64,000 nucleotides of DNA from the NCBI GenBank assembly GCA_013416795.1, contig RQSC01000002.1:575801-639800 (forward strand), in the 5' to 3' direction. Position numbers and translations under genes: made by a program. The notes beneath the pieces were generated by a model. That model was not told the origin of the DNA. It saw only the letters and a list, made by a program, of their open reading frames with translations, and did no database searches. This document shows positions 20,829-32,300 of the stretch, one piece after another. Each line of letters opens with the position of its first letter. Within the stretch, counting starts at the first letter, position 1. The stretch is from Prasinococcaceae sp. CCMP 1430 (lineage: Eukaryota > Plantae > Prasinodermophyta).

Positions 20829-21909
20829 CTACTGCGCCTCCGCGTCAGCGCCACCCGCCCCGTCACCCTCGCCCTGCTCCAGCGCCCACTTCGCGTACGC
20901 GACCTCGAGCTTGTCCATGAACGTGTTGGCCTGCTTCTCGAGCGCCTGGGAGAAAAGCTTGGCGCCCAAGCCCTCGATAAGCTTGACCGGCGCGGGAAAC
21001 TTCTTGGGCAGCAGCATGCCCACGTCGAGCCGCAGGTCGCTGGAAAGCTCTGCATCGCCGTCGCGGCCCACCTTGACCTGTGCGTGGCAGGACAAAGGGC
21101 GTCAGCGCATGCAGACGGAGGCGCGGCGCCACACGGCCTTGCGCACGAGCGCACGAGTGCGCACGCGAGTGGGCAGGAGCGCGCGCGCGGGTAAGGGGGG
21201 CACAGAGAGAGAGAGAGAGAAAGGGCGGACGGGCGGGCGGGAGGGAGGGGGAGCGTTCGCTGCACTCGCCCGCCTCCCACGGCGCTGCTGCGGGTATACG
21301 CGCGCTCCTACCTTCACGTCGGTGGAGAGCGTCTGGTCCGACGTCATGAGCCTGAGCGCGGCGACCATCTTCGGGGGCTCGCCGTCGATTTGCGCCTCAA
21401 TCTGCTCCATTCGCGCGCCGCCCTCGTCGTTGGTGATCTGCATGATCGACGTGGGGCGCAGCGTGAGGCCCGGGAATTTCATCGCGGGCGCCTGGAGGCT
21501 GTACAGGCGCACGGATGGGTCGCAGCTGCTGTCGGTGACCTCGGTGACCGTCGTGCCTGCGCCGAGCATGGTGAGGTGGCCCTCGGAGGTGCTCATGAAG
21601 TCCGTGAGGTAGGCACCGCCGGCTACCTTGCGCTTCACCCGCGCCTTGGAGCGCAGCCACACCTTCTTGCCGTTGAGGATGGCGTCCGCGGTGGCGTCCA
21701 TCTGCTCCTTGGTGGGCTCCGGCCGGCCATCGGTCGCCGAGACGGTGACCGACTTGGGCACGCCGTTCTCCCCCTCCTCGACCGAGGTCACCAGCTCCGC
21801 GCCCAGGTCCCTCGCCGGCTTCTTGCTGAAGCCGCCCCCGCCGCCCCCGCGCGCTGACAAGCGAGCGGCCACCGGCACCTCTCGCCGCCGCCGCCGCCAT
21901 CGCCGCCAT
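20829..21909 (-). CDS. DUF1997-family protein (probably plastid-directed); intron 21078-21311; start uncertain
   Basis: YSLQAPAMKFPGLTLRP...LRLDVGMLLP..FPAP...IEGLG...LEVAYAKW fits the DUF1997 pattern. Phase-0 GTAGG..CAG intron. The transit-peptide-like start at ATG 21909 is out of frame with the main ORF. Confidence 0.6.
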
Positions 21910-22318
21910 CGCCCCCGCCAACACGCGCCCGGGCGCCCCTCCCCGGATTCCTCCCAAGCAGCCTCGCCCACGCCCCGCGCCCGCGCTGTGGCCAGGCCAC
22001 CGCACGGCGGCAAGGCCTCCCCCATCCCCACCCCCACCCCCCTGCCTGGGCTGCTGCGCACCTCTGCGCGTGCGCAGGCGCACGCACGGGTGGCACACGC
22101 GCGCTCTCAAGCCCCCTTGCTCCTTCCGCAGGTTTTTAGGTATCGACGAGTGCAAAAACGTGCGCGATGCCGTGCGAAATGTTCGCGGATCCGTGCAATG
22201 TATCGCGACGGGATGAAAAGTGATGGGGGTTTGGGGTGGGGTTTGGGGATAGGGTTTGTGGGGGAGTATAAAAATGCGTTATGGCGTCGTTTAATTATGG
22301 CGCGTGCCGGCGCTCGGC

Positions 22319-23437
22319 TCAGCCGCCGATGGCGGTCATGGGCCTGTTGGGCATCTGCGCGAGGTTGAACATGCCGGCGTGCTGGCGCTTCTTGCGCCCC
22401 AGCGCGCCCGCGATGAGCTCGGCCAGCCGCGCGTCGTCGGCGCCGCCGCGCATCGCGTCGCGCAGGCTGACCTCGGTGTTCCCAAACAGGCACACCTTGA
22501 AGTTTCCGTCGGCCATCAGCCGCACGCGGTTGCAGTCGTGGCAGAAGTGCTCCGTCATGGACGTCACGAAGCTCACGCTGCCCTCGTAGCCCTCCACCGC
22601 GAAGTTCTTCGCCACCTCGGAGCGCGGGTCGGCGAGCCGCGTGAGGCCGGGCACCGCCTCCATCACGCGCGCCTTCATCTCGGCGTAGGGCACCATCAGC
22701 GAGTCGTCCCAGCGGTTGCCGTCGAAGGGCATGTACTCGATGAAGCGCACGTTCACGCGCCGCCGCCGCGTGAACTCGACGAAGTCGGCGATCTCATCGT
22801 CGTTTTGGCCGCGCATGAGGACCACGTTCACCTTCACCGTGTTGACGCCCCTCGCCAGCGCGCCGTCGATGCCCTCGAGCACCCTCGAGTGCCACGCCGC
22901 CGGCCGTCGGCACATCTCCTCGAACCGCTCCGGCCGCAGCGTGTCGAGCGACACGTTGAGCGCATCGAGGCCGGCGTCGTGCAGCGCGGGCAGCTTGCGG
23001 CGCAGCGCGACGGCGTTGGTGGTCATCGCCACCCACTCAATGCCCTCGGTCGACTTAGTGCGCTCGACGATCTCCACCAGGTCGGGGCGCAGGCTCGGCT
23101 CGCCGCCGGTGAAGCGCACCTTGGTCACGCCCGCCGCCGCGAACACGCGCACCAGCCGCAGCACCTCCTCCGTCGTCAGCAGGTTTTCGTTTGGCGTGAG
23201 CTCGATGCCCCCGAGCGGCATGCAGTACGTGCACCGCAGGTTGCATCGCTCGGTGAGCGAGATGCGCAGGTAGTTGTGCATGCGCCCGAACGAGTCGGTG
23301 AGGGTCGACGCCGGCAGCCGCGGCGTGGGCTCCGCGGCCTCGACGGGACGCAACCGCTCCGGCACCGCCGCCGCCGCCGCGGGAGGCAGCCTCCGCCGCC
23401 GCTCGCGCTCCGCTGGGACCCCGCCGGCCGCGAACTC
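22319..23437 (-). CDS. CNX2: GTP 3',8-cyclase (MoaA/CNX2/MOCS1A), radical SAM; 5' end in gap
   Basis: LTDSFGRMHNYLRISLTERCNLRCTYCMP, RFTGGEP, FCHDCNRVRL...KVCLF, C-terminal MTAIGG. Confidence 0.95.
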   Translation of the reverse strand, partial: EFAAGGVPAERERRRRLPPAAAAAVPERLRPVEAAEPTPRLPASTLTDSFGRMHNYLRISLTERCNLRCTYCMPLGGIELTPNENLLTTEEVLRLVRVFAAAGVTKVRFTGGEPSLRPDLVEIVERTKSTEGIEWVAMTTNAVALRRKLPALHDAGLDALNVSLDTLRPERFEEMCRRPAAWHSRVLEGIDGALARGVNTVKVNVVLMRGQNDDEIADFVEFTRRRRVNVRFIEYMPFDGNRWDDSLMVPYAEMKARVMEAVPGLTRLADPRSEVAKNFAVEGYEGSVSFVTSMTEHFCHDCNRVRLMADGNFKVCLFGNTEVSLRDAMRGGADDARLAELIAGALGRKKRQHAGMFNLAQMPNRPMTAIGG

Positions 23438-23525
23438 NNNNNNNNNNNNNNNNNNNNNNNNNNNNNNNNNNNNNNNNNNNNNNNNNNNNNNNNNNNNNNN
23501 NNNNNNNNNNNNNNNNNNNNNNNNN
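23438..23525. other. Assembly gap (N run)
   Basis: Run of N. Confidence 1.
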
Positions 23526-25001
23526 CCACACACGCGCACGCCCCCCCCCGCGCGCGCCGCCGCGCACCGCATGCACGCATCACCCCGCGCCGCAAAAAGC
23601 GCCCCGCGGAAACGCGACGGAATCTCCGCAAGATCTCAGTCCACAACCCCAAAAATTGCGCAATGTGACGTCACAATGCACTCAAAACACACGCGGATGT
23701 CACGCAGCAAACGCCGCGAATTGGAAAACCGACGCCACGCCGAAAGGCCCGTCTGTGTGTGTGTGCGTGTCAGCGTGTGTGTGTGTGTGTGGGAATGTGT
23801 GTGTGTTTTTCAGTGTGTGTGCGTGCAAAAAAATGCGTCGTGTCATGAGTCGTTTCCGTCGAAAACAACGGTGAATTTAGCGACAATTCGCATCGACTGC
23901 TCAAAATAAATTAACATTGTGCATAAAAATCTCAACGCGCGCGTGTGTGAACGTGTGTGCGTACGCGTGTTTTTCCGCGCGCGCCGGCGGCGGCGCGGCG
24001 TGGTCCGGTGCGCCGCCAAGGGGCGCGCCGTTTTCGCCATCAGATCCGAATGCGGTTTTGCGCGCCGCGCCCCGCGGGCCCGCAGGGGGACAGCGCGCGC
24101 GCCCGAATGCCGCCAAACACTGCTGGCAGGGCCTGCGGCGAGGGCGACGGGGCCAGCCACACCTCCGGGGTCACCTCCCGCTTGACCTGGGTCGGGCGTC
24201 ACCTACGGCCTCACCCCCGGGCTGAAGTGCGCACGGCACGTGCAGTACTGTGTGTGCCGCTGGGCACGCACTGGACCGTACCGTATGTGCTCCGCACCGT
24301 CGAAGTGTTGCCACGGGAGGGGCCCGTTGGGTGCGGTTTGGGGTTCGGAGCCGTTTCGCGGTTTGGAGGGTTTGCGCACCCTAACCCCTAACCTCGTTAT
24401 TTCGGCATTGAGGGTTTTAATGAAGGGTTCGTATTTAGATGCATTTTCATCGGATGCCCCCGCACGGGCACACTCGAGCCGCGGGGGGGGGGGCGCAGCT
24501 GATAAAATCTGACCGAAAAAAAAAAAAAAACGGCACCGGCGCGTGCGGTTTGACCTGCGCGAGCCGTTGCGATGCGGCAGCGAGGTGACGTCGAATGCGC
24601 GTTGGCACGATGGGGGCCAAGGGAGTGGGGGTGAGAGGCTCCCGTGGTCGCATGTGACGTAAACGTGTCTTCACTGTCGTGGGCGATGCGCGCGGGCATT
24701 GGAGTTCCCCCGAGCGCAGCGCGGGGCGGCGGGCGGCGGGCAGCACGGGCGCAGGCGGGCCGCGAGACGAAGGTCCCGGCACGCGAGGAGCGTGTGCGTG
24801 TGGTGGGGGTGCTTGTGGTGTGGTGGGGGTGGGGGTGGAAGGTGCGCGTGCGGGTCCGCTGTGATCGAACGGGGGCCTGAAGCGGGCCGCAGCGCAGAGC
24901 AAGGCCCAACCACGGGCGGGCGACCCGGCCGGGGAGGGCAAAGCACGGGGGCGGGCGTTGTGAGGTTGCTGTGAGAGGTGCACGCATCCTCATCGGCAGC
25001 C

Positions 25002-27061
25002 ATGAATCGATACAAGGTCCAGAAGATGCTTGGCGACGGCACGTACGGCTGCGTGTGGCGCGCCGTCAACCGGCAGACCTCAGAGGTGGTCGCCATCAAG
25101 AAGATGAAGCGCAAATTCTACAGCTGGGAGGAGTGCATGCAGCTCCGCGAGGTCAAGTCACTGCGTAAGCTCAACCATCCCAACGTGGTGAGGCTCAAGG
25201 AGGTCATACGCGAGAACGATGAGCTGCACCTAGTCTTCGAATTCATGGACAAAAACCTGTACCAGTGCACCAAGGACCGAGACAAGCTGCTGCAGGAGGG
25301 AAAGGTGCGCAACTGGGCCTTCCAGATCTTGCAAAGCCTCGCGTACGTGCACAAGCATGGCTACTTCCATAGGGACCTCAAACCCGAAAACCTGCTCGTG
25401 AGCTCAAGTCCGACGGGCGGTGACGTGGTCAAATTGGCAGACTTTGGCCTGGCACGCGAGATTCGCTCGCGCCCGCCGTACACCGACTACGTGTCCACCC
25501 GCCGGTATCGCGCGCCAGAGGTTCTGTTGCGCTCGACACATTACAACTCGGCAATCGACGTGTGGGCCGCGGGCGCCATCCTGGCTGAGCTCTTCACGCT
25601 GCGGCCACTCTTCCCGGGTTCGTCCGAGGCAGACGAGATTTACAAAATATGCAGCGTGGTTGGGACGCCCACCCAGCAGAGCTGGCCGGAGGGCTTGCGC
25701 CTGGCTGAGGCCATGAAATTCAAGATGCCTAAGTTCGCCCGCACACCGCTAGCGACACTTATCCCGACGGCATCCCCCGAGGCGATTGAGCTCATGGAGG
25801 CCATGACACGCTGGGACCCCGCCAAGAGACCTACGTGCGTGCAGTGCCTTCAGTTTCCCTTCTTCCAGGTAGGCATGAAGGTCCCGCGCGGCCCTTCGAT
25901 GATCCCCGGTGGCGGCACTCGCGCGCGGCCGAGCTCGTACGGTTCGGGTGGTGCAGTCGGCGGTGACACGGGCGGGGCCAGGAATGGTGCGCCGCGTATG
26001 AACGACTGGGCAGGGACCAGAGCGCCGCTGGTTGCGGGCATGTCCAACACCATGGGCAGGTGCGCGCGCGCGAGTTTGTGCGCGCTGCACGCGCAGGCTC
26101 TGCAAACGTGTCCTTGTGTCTCTGACACATTCGCGCAAACGCGTCTCTCGCATCCAGAAGCTATGGCAGTGCTACCAAGGCCGGCGGCGTGCTCGCCAAG
26201 GGCTCTACTAACCATCAGGTGGGGCAGCGGGCGGGCGGAGGGATGCGCCCCGCTGGGGTAGGCGGAGGGGGCGGAGGCGGCGTGCTGGGTGGAAAGTTCG
26301 GTGGTGGGCTCGGCGGCGGGAGCGGCGCGCTTGGCGGAGGGGGCGGCGCGCTCGGGGGTACAGGCGATGTTCTCGGCGGTGCTGGCGACGTGCTCGGCGG
26401 CGGCGGGGGCGTGCTCGGCGGCGGTCGTGGTGGCGTGCTCGGTGGTGGTCGTGGTGGCGTGCTCGGCGGTGGTCGTGGTGGCCTGCTCGGCGGTGGCCGT
26501 GGTTCCGTGCTCGGCGGTGGCCGTGGTTCCGTGCTCGGCGGCGGCGGCGGCGTGCTAGGCGGTGGTCGTGGTGCCGTGCTCGGCGGCGGCGGAGGCGTGC
26601 TCGGCGGTGGTCGTGGTGGCGTGCTCGGTGGCGGTCGTGGTGGTCATAACCTGCAGGCGCGGCAGAGCGCGGGGCCGTATGGCGCAGCTCGTCACGGCTC
26701 GATAGACCCTCTTGGAGGGGAAGGAGGAGGGCTGAGCCTGGGCCACAAGGCGGGAGCCAGCCGCGAGCGCTTCTCACGCGAGCGTAATAGCCGTGAGCGC
26801 AGCGGCGGCGGCGTGTTTGGCAACGCGGCAGGGGGCGTGCGCTCTTCACGCTTTCGCGCGGGTATGCCCGTCAAGCCACACGCGCTACCACCCATCGGCG
26901 CAGGCGGCCTGGGGGGCGTCAGCGTCGGTGGTGCTCCAAGGGCCCCAGGCGGTGGCGTTTGGCCCAACACTGGCGGCAAAGCTGGCCTCTATGGTGGCAA
27001 CTATGGCGGCAACCACTCGAAGCCTCTGGGCGCACCATCGTACTCGGGCCCGTACAGATGA
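25002..27061 (+). CDS. MAK/ICK-like (RCK family) CMGC kinase with Gly/RGG-rich tail; intron 26060-26157 (or 26160)
   Basis: MNRYK...[46 protein letters not shown] activation loop. Phase-2 intron (TCTGAC at 26121) joins the kinase to the Gly-rich ORF. Confidence 0.92.
26281..26645 (+). repeat. Coding tandem repeat (21-24 nt; VLGGGRGG / VLGGGGG)
   Basis: More than 12 copies of GTGCTCGGCGG(T/C)GG... units. Confidence 0.9.
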
Positions 27062-27326
27062 GCGGGAGTAGCCATGGCGCTCTCGTCGCATCGGCGATCA
27101 AGGGCCAGCAGCAAGGTGGACGCGGGCCCGAACGTACCGGCTTGAGGGACCGAGTAAAATCCAACCCGATGTGGTGCACACGGGATGCCGCGGCGGCAGC
27201 TTCGCTCGTGTCTGGAAAAGCGCCTTGCTAGAGAGCATCGCAGCGCATCCACGCTGCCTCCTCTCACTTGCCGGTGCTCAAAAATGAAAAGAATAGTACT
27301 AGTCGAATGAATAGTCTCTTGAGCGC

Positions 27327-30300
27327 TCAATCGCCCGCCTGTTCGCACCCGATCGCAGCAAGGAAGTTTCGCGTGTTGCTAGCAGCCTTGCGCACAGCAC
27401 TGTCTGCCGCGCGCACTGCGTGATTCGAGCGTCCGTCGCCCGCGGAGGAGAACGCAGCATACGCGCGGTACACCTTCGCTGCGAGTGGCCTTGTGTCGCC
27501 AGTACCCTGCGGCACGTACCGCTCACTGAGGGGTGAGCGCTGCCGCTCGAGCTCCGCAATTGCCGCCACGTGATCGAACGCTCTCCCGCCCAGCATAGGC
27601 ATCTTGCTCAGCGCACTGACGACGCAGTGCGCGAGTCGAGCGAGCGTGAGTGCGCGCGCGTGAGAGAAATCACACCAGTCAGCGCACTCACGGTCGTACC
27701 ACACGCGCACGTGCACCGTGGCACCTACGCACGCACACGGAATGCAGAGAGGCTGCCTGCAAGGCCAGGGTCGCAAAGCGGCGCATCTGGAAGCGCACCT
27801 CCCCCTGTCGTACTCGCACTCGCCGCCCAATGGTGTGGGCTGCACCACGAAAATACGTCGTCCGCTGAGCGGGTGCTCGCGCACGACCACGCCCTCCCAC
27901 TTGTTTGTCACCCAATCGGGCATGCCGCCACCGTGTTGACCGCGTGCATAGTATCGTGGCAAGCATGCGCGGCTGAGGTCGCGCACGAAGGCAGCATCGG
28001 CGTCGTGTAGGTGGGCACGGCGGTCATTACCACCCCTGCTGTTCAGTAGCGCACCCTCCAGGATGGCTTCGGCTTTCGCGAGCACGTGCGCGCACGAGCG
28101 GTAGGGCTGATTTGCGAGCACAACAGGCGGCACCAGCGCGTCAGAAGTACCCGCGAGTTTGCGTGTGCGCGCACCACGCGATTGCACGCCCCGCCCACTC
28201 GGTGCCCGCGCGGGCGCTCTCGCCTCCGATCGGCCGCAGGCGGTAGCTTGTGCAGGACCCGCTCCCCCCGTGCCCATTGCCGAGACCCGCGCGAACTGCA
28301 GCGCGTCGTCCAGGTGCCTGAGCGTTTCGACAGCGAGAATTGCGCGAGATCGCGTGTTCCATCTGGCGGCCGCTGCGCGCTGGGGTACGCCAGGCCCACA
28401 GAAGGGCGCGGGATTGCGCACATCGACACGCACTTCTGGATCGAGGATGCGCGTCCCCAGATGCTGTGCGTCGAGTGTTCCGAACGGCATCGAACTGAGC
28501 ACGCGCAAGACTTCGCTGAGCGCGTTGCGGTGTTCGTCGGAGAGGCCAGTTGGGACGCGAGGCGATGATCGCTCCTTATCGCCCTTCCTGCCACGGCGGG
28601 TGGCGCGCTCTTCCTCCGAGTCAGCGAGTCCGTCCGTGTGAGCGCTCGTGAGCGCATCCAGCCTCGCCCGCACGGCCTCTGCGACGAGCTCAAAAGCGCA
28701 TTCGTAGCTGTCAGCCTCGAGCGACCCAGCAAGGCGTGCTGCAGCCACGGGGACCGCCAGGGTGAGGAGTGCCGTGGCCACGTGATGGGGCCGGTCGACG
28801 CCAGCGGCGGCATCCAGTGCCACCGCGCAGGCCACCATCGACTCGAAGACGCGTTCCGTACACACGTCTTTCATTGCGCTGCCGTCTGCGTCTGAGGTTG
28901 CGTTGCTCGCCTCTTGCGCATCTGCGGAAGCCTCGATCGCTCGCGCCTGCACAGGCAACAAGTAAGGCAGCAGACCGAGCTCGCGCAACAGGTAGAGGCT
29001 CTCCGCGGCTTTGCCGTAGCAGAGCAGGCTGCCTACCTCCTTCTGCAGCCGCGAGGCGTTTTCGTCCGCGAGCAGGTGTGCACGCGCGCGCACCGCCTGC
29101 GCGACTGCACTAGGAAACCAACCACCGATGCGCGTGGCCACGCGAACCGCCCGCAGCATGCAGGGTGGATCGTCGCGGAAGAGTGACATGGGGTGGTCGA
29201 TGGTGTCGACGCGACGCTCCTGCAAGTCACGCAACCCACCGACCGCGTCGTAAACGACATTGGCCTGCGTGTCCCAAGTGAGGCCGTTCACCGTGAAGTC
29301 GCGCGTGATCATGTTCTGCACCCACTCCGCGTCGAGCGCGGACGGACCGGCAACGACCGCGCCTTGTGCGCTCTCAGATGAGCTTTCGGGTCGCCCACGC
29401 GGGCCAGCATCGGGGACGAGCTCGAGCGAGGCGGCCGCATCCTCGGCAATGGCACGCGCGGCTCGTGCGTTGCGCACGTTTGCACGGTGTGGCCGCCGCC
29501 TATCGCTAGCGGCTCCCAGGGTATCGCGTGCGCCCAGCTCGAATGTCTCGCCAGCGGCGCTGCCAGCGCCCTTGCCAGCACCCCCGCGGGTCTGCACAAT
29601 AACAAGCTGTAGCGTGCGACCGAGGATGCGCGTGCGAAATGGCGGCTTTGAGAGCGAACGCACGGCTTCCGCGGGGCTGACGTCGGTGGTGACGTCTATG
29701 TCCTTGGGCGTCGCACCCAGCAAAATGTCGCGCACGGCACCGCCCTGCACGTACGCCGCCGCACCGGACTCTGCCAGCACGCCCACGCACTGACGAATGG
29801 AGCGCGGTATGCACGCACGCGCGTCGAGAAGGTGCGTGCGCGCGCCGTAGGCAGCGAGGCCCATAAAGCGCGGGTAGGCCTCGTCTAGCGACCCAGCTGC
29901 ATCCTGCAGGCGACCTGCCTCGGGCAAGCGCTCTCTCGCGCTCGCGCTCGCGCTCTCACTCGCCGCTCGCCGCTGCATTTCCTGCGTCCGCCGCCCCTGG
30001 TGCTCATTCTCATCCTCCCACTGCTGCTGCTGCTGCTGCTGCTGACGCCGCCGCGCGACGCTTTGCCGCCGCCCGAGCGCGTCAAGATGCCCAAGAACGT
30101 CGCGGAAGTCGCCGCCGAGCGTGACGCGATGCTCTGCTCCATCCGAGCCCGCACCGACGGCGTCGGCAGCGAGTTTGGCCGCGCCATCCACTATGAGGTC
30201 GGCCCAGGCCATGCCATTGAGCGCGGAAGCTGCAGCGCTCGCGCACGCGGTGTTTGCGACGCGCACCTGCGCGGCGCCCGTTGCACCCACGCGCGGCGGG

Positions 30301-30416
30301 CGATGGATGACCATCTGCGCCGCAGCGCTCGCCCCGGCGTGCGGCGCGAGTGCTGCAGCGAGCGCGGCAGCTCCGACTTCCGGCCCGACGTTTTCAACGA
30401 AGACCGTGTCGCCCAT
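27327..30416 (-). CDS. Class II nucleotidyltransferase (PcnB-like poly(A) polymerase / CCA family) with N-terminal RRM-like domain; probable intron 27616-27798
   Basis: AYVQGGAVRDILLG..PKDIDVTT, ILGRTLQLVIV (degenerate bacterial PAP signature), RDFTVNGL, FRDDPPCMLRAVR, RLQKEV. Confidence 0.85.
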   Translation of the reverse strand: MGDTVFVENVGPEVGAAALAAALAPHAGASAAAQMVIHRPPRVGATGAAQVRVANTACASAAASALNGMAWADLIVDGAAKLAADAVGAGSDGAEHRVTLGGDFRDVLGHLDALGRRQSVARRRQQQQQQQQWEDENEHQGRRTQEMQRRAASESASASARERLPEAGRLQDAAGSLDEAYPRFMGLAAYGARTHLLDARACIPRSIRQCVGVLAESGAAAYVQGGAVRDILLGATPKDIDVTTDVSPAEAVRSLSKPPFRTRILGRTLQLVIVQTRGGAGKGAGSAAGETFELGARDTLGAASDRRRPHRANVRNARAARAIAEDAAASLELVPDAGPRGRPESSSESAQGAVVAGPSALDAEWVQNMITRDFTVNGLTWDTQANVVYDAVGGLRDLQERRVDTIDHPMSLFRDDPPCMLRAVRVATRIGGWFPSAVAQAVRARAHLLADENASRLQKEVGSLLCYGKAAESLYLLRELGLLPYLLPVQARAIEASADAQEASNATSDADGSAMKDVCTERVFESMVACAVALDAAAGVDRPHHVATALLTLAVPVAAARLAGSLEADSYECAFELVAEAVRARLDALTSAHTDGLADSEEERATRRGRKGDKERSSPRVPTGLSDEHRNALSEVLRVLSSMPFGTLDAQHLGTRILDPEVRVDVRNPAPFCGPGVPQRAAAARWNTRSRAILAVETLRHLDDALQFARVSAMGTGGAGPAQATACGRSEARAPARAPSGRGVQSRGARTRKLAGTSDALVPPVVLANQPYRSCAHVLAKAEAILEGALLNSRGGNDRRAHLHDADAAFVRDLSRACLPRYYARGQHGGGMPDWVTNKWEGVVVREHPLSGRRIFVVQPTPLGGECEYDRGRCASRCAALRPWPCRQPLCIPCACVGATVHVRVWYDRECADWCDFSHARALTLARLAHCVVSALSKMPMLGGRAFDHVAAIAELERQRSPLSERYVPQGTGDTRPLAAKVYRAYAAFSSAGDGRSNHAVRAADSAVRKAASNTRNFLAAIGCEQAGD

Positions 30417-31589
30417 GGCCTCGGCGCGCAGCGCCTGCGTACCACTCTTGGCCTGCTCTCGGCCCAGCGGTGCTCGCCGGCGGCGCGGTTGCTGGTGCTG
30501 GGCGGCTCCGCTGGTGCGCGCCGGCCGCTCCGCTGCGTCCCTCAGCCTCGCCGCGCGGTCCTTGCGCGCGAGGGCGAGCGCCTCCCTGTGGTGCTGCCCC
30601 CACCGCCGCGGGAGCTGCAGGCTGGCAGCAGCAAGCAGCAGCAGAGCCTGCAGCAGAGCCTGCAGAGGGCCTCGATATCGATCTCGGTCGGAAGGTTCCA
30701 AAAGCCCAATCCAATTCCGGACCAGAAGCAGGCCGTCAGCGACGCGGAGTCACATTCGTCCACGGTACAATGCTCCGCAGCACTCTTTCATAATCAATCA
30801 ATCCAAAGTCAGAGTCAACGAGCCAGCACGCACGCCACGAGCGAACGACGAGCGCAGAAGGAAAAGTGTGGCGTCCCTTGCCAAAGGCGGATGTACTCCC
30901 GCGTGGGATTCACCAGCATGAGTCAGAGAGAGTGGGATTGAAGGAGTGAACCACCCCGAATGCAAATGCTGATGACTGAGTGAAGGGGGATTGCGCGGGA
31001 GCGCGCCGCGCGCGCCATTGCGCGCGCGGCAGCCAGAGTCCTACAAGAGGCAAGCCGGAATGTGTGGATGGTGCGGGATGGGGGGAAAGGAAGGGGGGTG
31101 GGTGCGGGGGAGGAAGAGGACGCGGCCCCCGCCTGCGCGCTCTCTGGCGCCGCCGCCTCGCCGGCCGAGAGCCTCGAGCCCCGAGCAATTCGAACCCTTT
31201 TCCCATCACCCTAAAACACACCCCAAACTGCGGGGACCGCCGCGCGCGCACGCGCGCTGCGCCGGTGCATATCCGAATCGGGAGGCGCCGAACCCCCAAC
31301 CGCCCCGCCCCCGCTCGCGCATCAGATCGCACCCGGCTCAACCCAACGATCCAAACCCTACCGCAAATATCACACCCCGGCCGCGCGCGCATGCGCGCGC
31401 GCGCGCGCGCGCGCGCGCGGCCACCGCCGAAACCTCAACCCGGCCCCGCNCCGACGCCCGTGGCGGGGTCTCGCGCCGGGCGGTCGGAGCGTGTGAGTTG
31501 GGGGGAGGGTGGTGGGGGTGGGGCGGGTGGGGGCGCCGCGGACACGAGGAGGGAGGCCGCGCCGTCGGTGAGAGGGGCGCAAGCGAGCG

Positions 31590-32300
31590 ATGGCTTCGCG
31601 GTGTGCGTGCTCGATGGTGGCCCCGCGTGGGACCGGGGGCCATCGCGGCACATATGGCGGCACGGCGCAGCGCTCGCGGCCGCCGGTGCGGCGGCCGCGG
31701 CGTTCGGGGACGGCCAGCGCCGCCGGGGTGGAGACGAGCAAGAGCTCGGCGGGCAAGAGCTCGCCCGAGTGGTGGACGATGAACAGCGCCCCCAACATGG
31801 TCGACGTGGGTTCGACCGTTGAGTTCGTCGACGCGCTCGCGAACGCAGGGGACAAACTTGTGGTAGCCGACTTCTACGCGACGTGGTGCGGCGCGTGCCG
31901 CGCGCTCTACCCGAAGCTCTGTCAGATCGCGACCAAGAATCCCGACGTGATTTTCCTCAAGGTGAATCTCGCCGAAAACAAGAAGATGTGCAAGCAGCTC
32001 GGCGTCAAGATGCTGCCGTACTTCCACCTGTACCGCGGCCGGCGCGGCAAGATAGCACAGTTCACCTGTAGCATCTCAAAGGTGAAGCGACTGCGCGACG
32101 CCATCAGCGAGCACACCGGGGAGAATTGGGACGCGGATGGGCCTTTGCGGCACGACGCCGACGTGACGGCCGAGCTCGCCGCGCTGCTCAGCGGCGAGGC
32201 GAGCAGCGTCAGCAGCGATCCGGATGGGTTGGGGAGCGAAAGCGACGGAAACTCCACTAATCCCGCGGCGGGCGCGGCTCCTGCACGCACCGACAAGTAG
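31590..32300 (+). CDS. Atypical chloroplast thioredoxin (Lilium/ACHT type), WCGAC active site
   Basis: Transit peptide; WW...PNMVDVGS...AGDKLVVADFYATWCGACRALYPKLCQIA; LPYFHLYRG; FTCSISKVKRLRDAI. Confidence 0.9.
   Translation: MASRCACSMVAPRGTGGHRGTYGGTAQRSRPPVRRPRRSGTASAAGVETSKSSAGKSSPEWWTMNSAPNMVDVGSTVEFVDALANAGDKLVVADFYATWCGACRALYPKLCQIATKNPDVIFLKVNLAENKKMCKQLGVKMLPYFHLYRGRRGKIAQFTCSISKVKRLRDAISEHTGENWDADGPLRHDADVTAELAALLSGEASSVSSDPDGLGSESDGNSTNPAAGAAPARTDK

Noticed and set aside
24378-24393. Interstitial telomere or chromosome end
   Set aside because: Only two degenerate CCCTAA units; treated as a telo-box-like motif.
23526-24980. Hidden gene or mobile element in the 1.4-kb CNX2-MAK intergenic region
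   Set aside because: Only microsatellites, homopolymers and promoter-like tracts; no terminal repeats, transposase/RT motifs or credible ORF.
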